Source of the DNA: a virus | Lineage: Duplodnaviria > Caudoviricetes | Direction: 5' to 3' (one strand) | DNA: 64,000 bases | IMG/VR virus record: IMGVR_UViG_3300043468_001158 | Part shown: positions 1 through 8,800 of the stretch, one piece after another | Numbering within the stretch: position 1 is the stretch's first letter | How the letters are laid out: each line of letters opens with the position of its first letter | Notes under the pieces: generated by a model | Seen by the model: the letters and a program-made list of their open reading frames with translations, nothing else | What the model was told of the DNA's origin: nothing | The model's database searches: none | Program-made: the position numbers and the translations under genes

Positions 1-1
1 A

Positions 2-385
2 ACCTGAAAGAATAACTGCACGACCTGCTGCATTACCACCAAAGTCAATAGTGATTTGAGAAGCACTATTGATAGTGACTACGTTAGGAATAACCATTTG
101 ACTATTACCATCAAATACTTGAACAAGAACATAAGCAGTATTCAGAGGGTGATTGATAATCCATTCGTTACTTGCGACATCCTGAACGTGAACATACATT
201 TCGATTTCGCGAGTAAGTGGAACCCAAATTGGAAGACCACCAGAAATTTGAATGCAGATATAAACTACACTGTTCTTGAATACTAATTGACCGACTTTTG
301 GGTTAGCGGGCCAATCATATTCCGTTTGCATTACTGCCTGTTGGATTTCATTTTGGTTAAGAGCAATATCGCCATAGAATCTCAT
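2..385 (-). CDS. Virion structural/fibre-associated protein, truncated by the window edge (not in ORF track)
   Basis: Manual translation from ATG at 385: MRFYGDIALNQNEIQQAVMQTEYDWPANPKVGQLVFK...YVHVQDVASNEWIINHPLNTAYVLVQVFDGNSQMVIPNVVTINSASQITIDFGGNAAGRAVILSG, open to the edge. N-terminus resembles the 828 aa neighbour. GATAAATA lies upstream at 438-445. Confidence 0.8.
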   Translation of the reverse strand, partial: MRFYGDIALNQNEIQQAVMQTEYDWPANPKVGQLVFKNSVVYICIQISGGLPIWVPLTREIEMYVHVQDVASNEWIINHPLNTAYVLVQVFDGNSQMVIPNVVTINSASQITIDFGGNAAGRAVILSG

Positions 386-473
386 GATTAGTGTTCCTTT
401 TGAAATAGGGGGTGTGAGGATTATAATAAACTATCTGTATTTATCAACTTTCCTCACAAACATAGGATAACAA

Positions 474-497
474 AAAGGGTCTCCGAAAAGACCCTTT
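474..497 (-). terminator. Rho-independent terminator with UUCG-type loop
   Basis: Minus strand AAAGGGTCT-TTTCGG-AGACCCTTT followed by a T run, just downstream of the 828 aa gene. Confidence 0.8.
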
Positions 498-532
498 CTA
501 TTTTTACTTAATTGTAAGTATTAAGACTTAGC

Positions 533-3019
533 TTATGCTAAACCCATAACTACAACTTTAACTGCAAGTGACACATTCAATGTAACTGCCAAGCTATTAG
601 CATCAGTAAATACAATTGATTGTGGAATGATAACTTCATTATTAGCAGCATCAATAACAGTTACGTTGCAATACATTTGACCCAAGCTGTGAGTTACAGT
701 ATGACCTGTAGCAGCACCACCAGTGTACAAATAGTACATTTTGTTGACTTTGTTATTAATTTGAGTATCAAGAGCTTTAGTAGCAGTATCAAGAGCAGAA
801 ACTGCAGCTTTGAATGTAGTAGCACTATTTACATAGTTAGTACCTGACCAGCTGTTCAATGAACCATCAGTGTTCAAACCAACTGCAGATTCAATTGCAT
901 TGACTTCAGTAAGTAAGTTACCTGCATTAGTTTCGATAGTATCTACACGACCTTCAACTTCGTCGATAGCACCTTGAACCGTAGTAGCAACCAAAGTAGA
1001 AGTTGCACCAGAATAAGTGATAGCAGCAGCTTTGTGAGTGTGAGTACCAGGAGCTGCTTGAGTTGAACCATTACCTAAAGTAACACCAACGCTATCAGCA
1101 GTTACAGTTACAAGACCAACGCCACCCCAGTTTGCAGGATCATCTTGAGCACCAGAAGTACCAGTACCGGCATGAGATACAACAGCAATAGCTGAACCAT
1201 TACCACCAGTCAAACCATTACCAGCTACAGAAGCAGTCAATTCAGCTTCAGTGATAGTGTTTGTAGTAACTTTCAAACCAGCTACAGATTGAACTAATTT
1301 ACCATTGCCAGTCAAATCTAACAATAAGTGTAATTTAGCATTTGTATCAGTTGAACGAGTTGTAGCATTTTCTGTTAAGATGATAGCAGAAGAAGTTGGA
1401 TCATAAAGGTCGATACCAACGTCATCAGATGGAAGTTCAACGATACCAGCACCAAGGTTTACATTCAATGTGTTACCATCTTTAGCAAGACCGATACCAG
1501 CAGTGATACCAGCAGCACCATTAAATTGAGTCCAAACTACAGGGTCTGTACCGAAAGTAACAACTTCAGCAGTTTGAGTCCAACCAGTGTCGTTTTGAGT
1601 AGCACCTTGTTGTACGAATACTGCAGCAGAGTTAATGCTATCAGCTAATGCATCGAAATCAGTAGCACGTGCCCAAGCACTAGAAGCAACTACATAGATA
1701 CCGTTTTCAGAAGCAGTGGTTTGGTTTTTAACAAGAACACGGTTACCAGTAACAACAGCAACACCATCAACAGTTTGTTCGCCAGAAAGTGTTAAGTTAC
1801 CAACAGAAGCTGCAACAACAGCTGGTTTCCAAGATAAACCAGCAATGAAAGATTGCATTTGGTTTAAGTTGATTGCATCAGTACCAGCAGTACCAGGAGC
1901 TAAGTTAGTGATTTTATAGCCATTGAATGCTACATTATTGGAAATGTTAGAAGAAGCAGCATTTGCACGAATAAAATCATGCTCGTCCATGATTGCAATG
2001 TTGCCCAAACCTAAAGAAGTACGAGCAACTGCACCACGTTCTAGAGTCCAACGTGAACCTTCAGCACCACCAGTACCAACGATGATATCGTTAAGACCAG
2101 AGTGTGTAATTTCAGTAGTGTTAATAGTCAAAGTTTCTGAGCTATCAGCAGCAGGAGCGAAACCGGCCAAAGTGGTTAAGTCAGCATCAAATGCTTGAAC
2201 GTTAGAGCCTAAAGAAACACCAAGAGCAGCACGGAAACCAGCAGCATCTTGTAAGCTATAAACGCCACCAGCGCCACCTAACAAGAATGCAGAAGTTGCA
2301 TCAGGAGTCAAACCAGCCAAAGATGTCAATTGATCATCAAGAGGTTGTTTGTTGTTTAATTGAGACTGGATTGAAGAAGTAACACCATCAACATAGTTCA
2401 ATTCAGTTGTTGTAAGAGTAGCACCAGTTAAGATGTTAAGCTCAGCAGCAGTTGAAGTAACAGCATGAAGTTTTACTAAGTCAGCAGTTACGATACCAGA
2501 AGTATGTAGTTCGTTAACTTCAGAAGCAGTAGCAGTTACATTAGAGATATCAGCTAAAACTGGAGTTACGTTAGCCCATTGAGAACCAGTGTATTTGATG
2601 AAGTTGCCAGTTACTGGAGCAGAGTCAGCAGTATCAGCAACGTTATCAAGCTCACCTAAAGTGTTATGAGCAGTAACAGCTTGTTGAACCATATTGATAG
2701 CTTCAGTGATTGTAGTAGCACCAGATGCATAACCAGTAAATTGACCAGTTACGAATTGTCCAGAAGCATTGATAGAAGAACCTAAAGCAACTTCAAGAGC
2801 ATCAACTTCGTTTTGAAGAGCAGTAGCATTACCACCAGTAGCAAATGCCATCCAAACGGTGCCATTGTTATAGAAGTAAGTGTTGCTAGTCGTATTAAAA
2901 ACAATACGACCTTTTTCGGCTGGATTGACTGAAGGTACATCCGAAACACGTTCAATTAACGCATTTTGAAACTCGCCTTGGCCACCAGTAGGTAGTGATA
3001 CGTTACCATTTACACGCAT
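533..3019 (-). CDS. Tail fibre/whisker-like structural protein (828 aa)
   Basis: Ala/Thr/Gly-rich; contains the phage fibre module WKPAVVAASVGNLTLSGEQTVDGV...RVLVKNQTTASENGIY and short coiled-coil motifs (TVQGAIDEVE). RBS AGGAG and TATAAATA upstream. Confidence 0.75.
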   Translation of the reverse strand: MRVNGNVSLPTGGQGEFQNALIERVSDVPSVNPAEKGRIVFNTTSNTYFYNNGTVWMAFATGGNATALQNEVDALEVALGSSINASGQFVTGQFTGYASGATTITEAINMVQQAVTAHNTLGELDNVADTADSAPVTGNFIKYTGSQWANVTPVLADISNVTATASEVNELHTSGIVTADLVKLHAVTSTAAELNILTGATLTTTELNYVDGVTSSIQSQLNNKQPLDDQLTSLAGLTPDATSAFLLGGAGGVYSLQDAAGFRAALGVSLGSNVQAFDADLTTLAGFAPAADSSETLTINTTEITHSGLNDIIVGTGGAEGSRWTLERGAVARTSLGLGNIAIMDEHDFIRANAASSNISNNVAFNGYKITNLAPGTAGTDAINLNQMQSFIAGLSWKPAVVAASVGNLTLSGEQTVDGVAVVTGNRVLVKNQTTASENGIYVVASSAWARATDFDALADSINSAAVFVQQGATQNDTGWTQTAEVVTFGTDPVVWTQFNGAAGITAGIGLAKDGNTLNVNLGAGIVELPSDDVGIDLYDPTSSAIILTENATTRSTDTNAKLHLLLDLTGNGKLVQSVAGLKVTTNTITEAELTASVAGNGLTGGNGSAIAVVSHAGTGTSGAQDDPANWGGVGLVTVTADSVGVTLGNGSTQAAPGTHTHKAAAITYSGATSTLVATTVQGAIDEVEGRVDTIETNAGNLLTEVNAIESAVGLNTDGSLNSWSGTNYVNSATTFKAAVSALDTATKALDTQINNKVNKMYYLYTGGAATGHTVTHSLGQMYCNVTVIDAANNEVIIPQSIVFTDANSLAVTLNVSLAVKVVVMGLA

Positions 3020-3077
3020 AGTTATATCTCCTTATGAGAATGTTATTGAAATAAAAGATTGTTTTAAAATCTATAGG

Positions 3078-3085
3078 TATTTATA
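3078..3085 (-). promoter_or_regulatory. T4-type late promoter TATAAATA
   Basis: Exact TATAAATA on the minus strand about 60 nt upstream of the 828 aa gene; a gp55 homologue is in the window. Confidence 0.75.
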
Positions 3086-3108
3086 GTTGATAAGCCATTT
3101 TTCATATA

Positions 3109-3348
3109 TTATGATGCTTGTCTTCTTACCGCAGTTGTTAGAGATTTTATTTGATTGTTAAAAGATATAGGTTCAACTTTACATTGCCCCATATCAAATT
3201 CGTTTATAATACTTAACGGAACATTTTCAAAATGGAATGTCCCTTTATTTCCAACCTTTTCAATTCGCTTAATTGAATATCCAAGGGTTTTTAAAGTTGA
3301 TGCAAGCACTATATCCGATGTGCCAAAAGTTTCGTTAACATTATTCAT
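3109..3348 (-). CDS. Small hypothetical protein, DUF5659-like
   Basis: FGTSDIVLASTLKTLGYSIKRIEKVGNKGTFHF resembles the DUF5659 pattern; recognised by eye. Confidence 0.55.
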   Translation of the reverse strand: MNNVNETFGTSDIVLASTLKTLGYSIKRIEKVGNKGTFHFENVPLSIINEFDMGQCKVEPISFNNQIKSLTTAVRRQAS

Positions 3349-3373
3349 TATGTAGTATCTCTTAAAATTATTA

Positions 3374-4114
3374 TTAGAAGGTCATTAGAACTAAACGTCC
3401 AGCTTGTGGAGAACCAAAGAAGACATGCATAGTATTAGTATCTATCAATTTCACAGTATCTGGCATCACCATTTCATCGTTTTCATCCCATAGTGTCCAA
3501 TGAACTCGTTTAGTATTCTTATTATGTGATATAATCCATTGTGTTGCTGCAGTAAGTTGAACATGCTCCATGCCAAAGCCAGCATTTCCGCTAACATTAG
3601 TAATGAGGTTATTAAGTTCATCTAAAACTTGTTGAACATTTGTTGCGGACGGGTCAGCAGAGATTGGAGTAATGGCAATCTCTGCAGCCATATGTTTCCC
3701 GACAGATGAGAATGTTGTATGAGTTGAAACATTATCAACTAATCCCATGAAATCAACACCATTCAACAGACCATTGAATGTTAGCTCACCGGTTGTTGCA
3801 CTCATTGAGAAGTGGTGCAATTGGTCAGTAGTTCGCCATGAAATATCTTGGTTAGTGTTTAGAACAACTACTGCTTTTCCTGCTGAATTTAGTTGATTGT
3901 TATAAACTTTTTGTAAAGTAACAGAGCCAATGCCAGAGCCAGGACCTCCAGGAGAAGTAGATGACCCATCATCAAACAATAACCCTTTTCCATTTACGGT
4001 GAATGAAGTATGAGAAGTTCCGCCAATATTGACAATGTCACCATTAGCAGTTCGATGTAAACGACCTAAGGTATTGAGATAAACTAAACGTTTGATATCT
4101 GAAGATGAAGGCAT
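3374..4114 (-). CDS. Virion structural protein (246 aa) with C-terminal WxIxHN module
   Basis: ATNVQQVLDEL coiled-coil motif; C-terminal QWIISHNKNTKRVHWTLWDENDEMVMPD module shared with neighbours. Confidence 0.65.
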   Translation of the reverse strand: MPSSSDIKRLVYLNTLGRLHRTANGDIVNIGGTSHTSFTVNGKGLLFDDGSSTSPGGPGSGIGSVTLQKVYNNQLNSAGKAVVVLNTNQDISWRTTDQLHHFSMSATTGELTFNGLLNGVDFMGLVDNVSTHTTFSSVGKHMAAEIAITPISADPSATNVQQVLDELNNLITNVSGNAGFGMEHVQLTAATQWIISHNKNTKRVHWTLWDENDEMVMPDTVKLIDTNTMHVFFGSPQAGRLVLMTF

Positions 4115-4139
4115 TACTTAGAGAACCTTTAGAAAATGA

Positions 4140-5099
4140 TTACAAGATAATTGGTAATTGAATGCGAAGATAGATAGTATCTGCATCATATACATATCCT
4201 ATTTCTTGTAGCATTCCTACAGGTGGAGGTGTTAGAGTTACTTCTCCATTTTGGCCGCAAAATAACGGCATATTGACTTGACTTGGTAAAAAGTTCCACT
4301 GTTCGTTTCTTACTAAGCCATTAGATATAACATTTCCAACTTCTCCGATAAAGTATTCGTTAGTCATAATTCCACTAACTTCAATAGATTCATTGAGATA
4401 AGAAGCTAATTGAACTTTTCGCGGGGAAACATATGATACTAATGAAAAAGCTGGAATAAAACCTATAGCTTCAGCAAATAATTGAGCGGTATCAAATCTA
4501 ACATTCTCACCCGTTGTATGACTTACTCTAAGGTCACATTCAGTTGTAACAAAAGTTCCGTCACTATCACGAAGCGGAGTATTATTCTTCCCAATCATGA
4601 TGTTACCCGCATCACATCTTTCATTTTTATTGATTTGTGTTCCGCGGGGTTTTGGTATGATAACAGCAGAATTGTTATATGTTGCGGCAAATACTCTAAT
4701 CTTTGGAATCCATTTTGAGCCATTCCAAACTTTCATAATCATTGTAGTAGTATCATACCAATGTTGGTCGTTTAGAATTGGAGCAGGCGGAGCATTGACA
4801 CCAAAATATGGATTGACAGTAGTATATCCAAAAGTGACTGCAGCGTTGAGTAGTGAGATATCCCAATACAAGTATTGGGTTTGACCTAAAGGTGGCATTG
4901 GCCCCCATGCATCAATTACTGTCCTATTAAACTGTACTAAATAGTTATTATTAGCATGAGCCGCGGTAAAAATCAAAGGGGCTTCATCACATACTAAATC
5001 AAGATGTTCATCACCATTTCCAGACTTACGAATAAATGTCGAGGTTCCGGAGGTATCGGTTTGATGTCTGACAATACCATGTCGAAAGTTAAGTTGCAT
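4140..5099 (-). CDS. Structural protein (319 aa), paralogue of the N-terminal domain of the 1944 aa fibre
   Basis: MQLNFRHGIVRHQTDTSGTSTFIRKSG versus MELTFRHGIIRHQIDTSGTATFLRKSG; similarity continues over about 315 aa. Confidence 0.75.
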   Translation of the reverse strand: MQLNFRHGIVRHQTDTSGTSTFIRKSGNGDEHLDLVCDEAPLIFTAAHANNNYLVQFNRTVIDAWGPMPPLGQTQYLYWDISLLNAAVTFGYTTVNPYFGVNAPPAPILNDQHWYDTTTMIMKVWNGSKWIPKIRVFAATYNNSAVIIPKPRGTQINKNERCDAGNIMIGKNNTPLRDSDGTFVTTECDLRVSHTTGENVRFDTAQLFAEAIGFIPAFSLVSYVSPRKVQLASYLNESIEVSGIMTNEYFIGEVGNVISNGLVRNEQWNFLPSQVNMPLFCGQNGEVTLTPPPVGMLQEIGYVYDADTIYLRIQLPIIL

Positions 5100-5143
5100 T
5101 ATGGGTGTTCCATTTGATTGAAATTATTATACAGCATTAAACA

Positions 5144-5151
5144 TATTTATA
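5144..5151 (-). promoter_or_regulatory. T4-type late promoter TATAAATA
   Basis: Exact match 45 nt upstream of the 319 aa gene. Confidence 0.7.
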
Positions 5152-5174
5152 GCTTTACTGACAGAAGGAACTTT

Positions 5175-5825
5175 ATGATAGACGTTCATATGTTACAATT
5201 AGAAAGTGACAACAAACAATGGGCACAAGAATGCCTTACTATATTAGAACGAGAACCTAATATTACCATTCATCATTTACCTGGCATCTTTCGTAATATC
5301 AAACAAGCTCGCATTAATGGTTATTCAACTGGAACTTCTGAATATGTGTCTTTCGTTGACCCTGATGATTTGATTGAACCTGACATTTTTGCTAAGTGTC
5401 AGAAAGTATTAGATATGAATCCTCATTTAGTTGGGGTTTATACTCGTTCAAGTATTATAGATGAAAATGCTAATATTATCAAGGACTATATGAAACCCTA
5501 TCGAGAATGGCGAGACCATTATATGTTTCAAAACTATTTTGAGATTCATCAATTAGTTGTGATTAGACGAAAGTATTCTGATATAATCAATAGACAAATT
5601 GAGTTACTTACTAAAGAAGGTCGTTATACTTCGGATACTTATGTAGAACATCTTCGTTATACTTTGCTTGGATTATTAGGTCCATGGAAAGCGCTTCCTG
5701 ATTTAGGATATCATTGGAGAAGTGACGGAAATGCAGGTCGCTACAACAATGGATACTCCGCTAAAAAGATAACGGAGTTCCATCAATTGATGTCTTACTT
5801 AGCTAGAAGAGCCGCTATCCAATAA
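5175..5825 (+). CDS. Glycosyltransferase family 2 (GT-A fold)
   Basis: ARINGYSTGTSEYVSFVDPDD is the GT2 nucleotide-sugar binding and DxD region. Start moved to MIDVHML at 5175 because of the AAGGA RBS (track start 5118). Confidence 0.75.
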   Translation: MIDVHMLQLESDNKQWAQECLTILEREPNITIHHLPGIFRNIKQARINGYSTGTSEYVSFVDPDDLIEPDIFAKCQKVLDMNPHLVGVYTRSSIIDENANIIKDYMKPYREWRDHYMFQNYFEIHQLVVIRRKYSDIINRQIELLTKEGRYTSDTYVEHLRYTLLGLLGPWKALPDLGYHWRSDGNAGRYNNGYSAKKITEFHQLMSYLARRAAIQ

Positions 5826-8800
5826 CTTCAATAGTTTTGACAAATGCAACCCATCTAATTGTTTTTCCAGCTTCACCAGATACTAAGATTCTAAGAGCGC
5901 CATTTGTAGTATCAGCATATGCAGTTACATCCCATGCAGGTGAATCTTTGATGACGTTTGAAAGAGTAACCGTTCCTACTAATGCAGTTGTTGCAGCAGA
6001 AGCATTTCGGTCAATACATCCATCTAACGTAAATGAAGCGCTTTCATCATTTACATCAGTTCTTCTAGCAACTACTTGAACTTGGAACTTCCAAGTAGAA
6101 TCATTTGCTAATACCATACGGGTTGAACTTCCATTCAAGAAAAGTTCAGTTTGAGTAGCAGTTGTAGTTGAATTGCGTAATACGTAATCACGAGAAATAG
6201 CATCCCCATAAGTACTAAAGTTTCCATTATTGTGTGCAAGGTTATTTGCAGCAAATTGAACTTCGCCTGTACCTTTTGGCGCAATTTTTATAGTAATGTT
6301 AGTATCAGTTCCATTAGCACCTATTTGTACTGGATTAGTAGCTATATTACCCTGCAATGTTAGATAATTGACTGAATATGCAGTTTCAAGTATTCTTACT
6401 TGTTCAGTATTATTAGTATAAATTGATAATGGAAGATAAGTTCCTGTTCCAAATGCTCCAGAACTAATACGAGTATCAACATCAGTTGTGTAAATTTGAA
6501 TATTTGATGCATTTACAATGTTAGAATTATTAAATGCAATTATGCCAGCTTGCTGTGATGTACCGTTTGGCATGATTGGAATTACAGTATTTGTATTAGT
6601 AACACTTGATTGGAATGTTGGTCTAAGTGCATGATTAGCATTTCCAAACTCACCTAATATCTTTTGTCCTAATTGAACAAACTGTAAATTACCCTGTGTT
6701 GTAATTTTTACTTGTTCAATATTATTTGTAAGAAAAGATATTGGCAAGAAAGTTCCTGTTCCCAATGCACCTGATGCTAACCCTGCATATGTAGATGTTA
6801 CAACTAATTGAGCAAAAGCTGAATTTGTGACATTTGAACTATTAGCTGCAAATATACCAGCAGTAGTAGAAGTTCCATTTGGAAGTATTGGAATCATCGT
6901 GTTATTGTTAGTAACATTCGATTGGAACGATGGTCTATTTGCATGAGTAGCATTTCCAAAATCACCCCAGATTCTTTGTCCTGATTGAACAAACTGTAAA
7001 TGTCCTTGGTCAGTAATTCTAATTTGTTCTAATCTTACATTTGTAGTATTCTTAGTTGTTTCAAAGGATATGTAATTTCCTTGAGCAGTTGAAGTATAAT
7101 TCTCACTTGCAATGAATTGAATTGCGGCAGAGTTTGGACTAAAAGCTGCACCTGAATGATAACCTTTAGAATACAAACCAAATATTCTATCACCTGAAAG
7201 AATAGCAGTTGGAGTAGTCGAAGTTCCTCGAGCTTTCTGCGTAGTAATAGAAGCGAAATTAGCATCAGTACTATATTGAGATAAAGTAATTCCTCCACTT
7301 GTATTCACCCAGCTTGTTCCATTATATTGAAGCAATTGATTAGTAACTGGAGAAGTAATAACTACATCTGATAATCCATCTAAATTTGTTGAGCTAATAC
7401 CCACACTTGTATTCACCCAACTTGTTCCATTATATTGAAGCAATTGATTAGTAGTTGGAGAAGTAATAACTACATCTGATAATCCATCTAAATTTGTTGC
7501 ACTAGCAGTTGCAGATAATAATCCACTTCCATCAATTGAAAGTCCTGAACCAATTTTGACAACACCGGTTGTCATATAAGATGCTATTGGAAGCTGAGAG
7601 TTTTTCCATTCACCTAAATGATAGGTAAGAACATCAGATGCCATAAGTGGAAATGTAGAATTTATGCTTACATCAGAAAGATTATCTAAAGTTGAAGGAA
7701 TTGCTAATGTGTTCCATGATGGTAAAGCAGTCGCGCCATTTGAAGTTAATACTTCTCCAGCATGCCCAGGACTTCCATTAATTTGAAGTTGTCCTATCAA
7801 ATCGATATAGTAATCAACACCACCACTTATGCTTATAAATGATAAATGAGAAACATTTGATTGGGCTATTGAAATAACAGATGATGTAGTACTTGGAGTT
7901 AGCGATGTAATTGCAGACGGAACGATTGATTGAACAGTATGCATTGGTGTTCCTTCAAATTTGCTATCATTTGCAATAACATGTGTTCCAAAAGTTCCAG
8001 TAATTGAACCATCTTGTGGATATTTTAGTATCAATCCAGATGAAGCATACATATCAAAAGTACTTCCTGTTATATAAACAGCATTCCCATTTGTTACAAT
8101 TCCATTTAGATTATAATGTCTATCCCCAAATGTAGGATGTCCAAAAGTTTTTTGCCATTCAAGTACTAAAGACGAATTGAATTTGACTAATGATAATTGA
8201 TTATTAGCAGGTGCATATTGATCGCCTTCATAACCTAAGACATACACATTACCATTGATGTCTAATGACATACCAACACCATTGACAAATCTTACAAAAA
8301 ATGCATCATAGAATTGTTTGCTAGCTTCAACTGCTAAAGTAGCTTCATTATATTTGATGATTGAATAATCACCCATTGTCCAAGAAGCTGGTTGAGTACC
8401 CAATGCGTAAATAGAAGTTCCTGACCTTTTCAGTTCAACATATCTTTTGCCACCGGTAAGATTTACAGTGACATTAGAAACAAATGTAAAGCTGTTTCCG
8501 GTTACATTGAATTTGAATATGTTTGCAAAATTATCGTCTAATGGACTATCAAATAAATCACCACCTACAAACAATTCATTTCCAGAAGAACTTAGTTCTA
8601 ATGCATAAGTTCTAAATCTTTGGAGTTCGTAGAAGAAATCAACTGCGCCGGTTGTCATATTGATTTTACCAATATAACCTCTACCATCAGAATCTTGATA
8701 ACCTGATACATATAGTGAAGAATCATTAGCTCTTACTACCATATCAGAAATAGTACCATAGTAAGTATCAAATTTTGTTTGCCATACTATATTACCAAGC

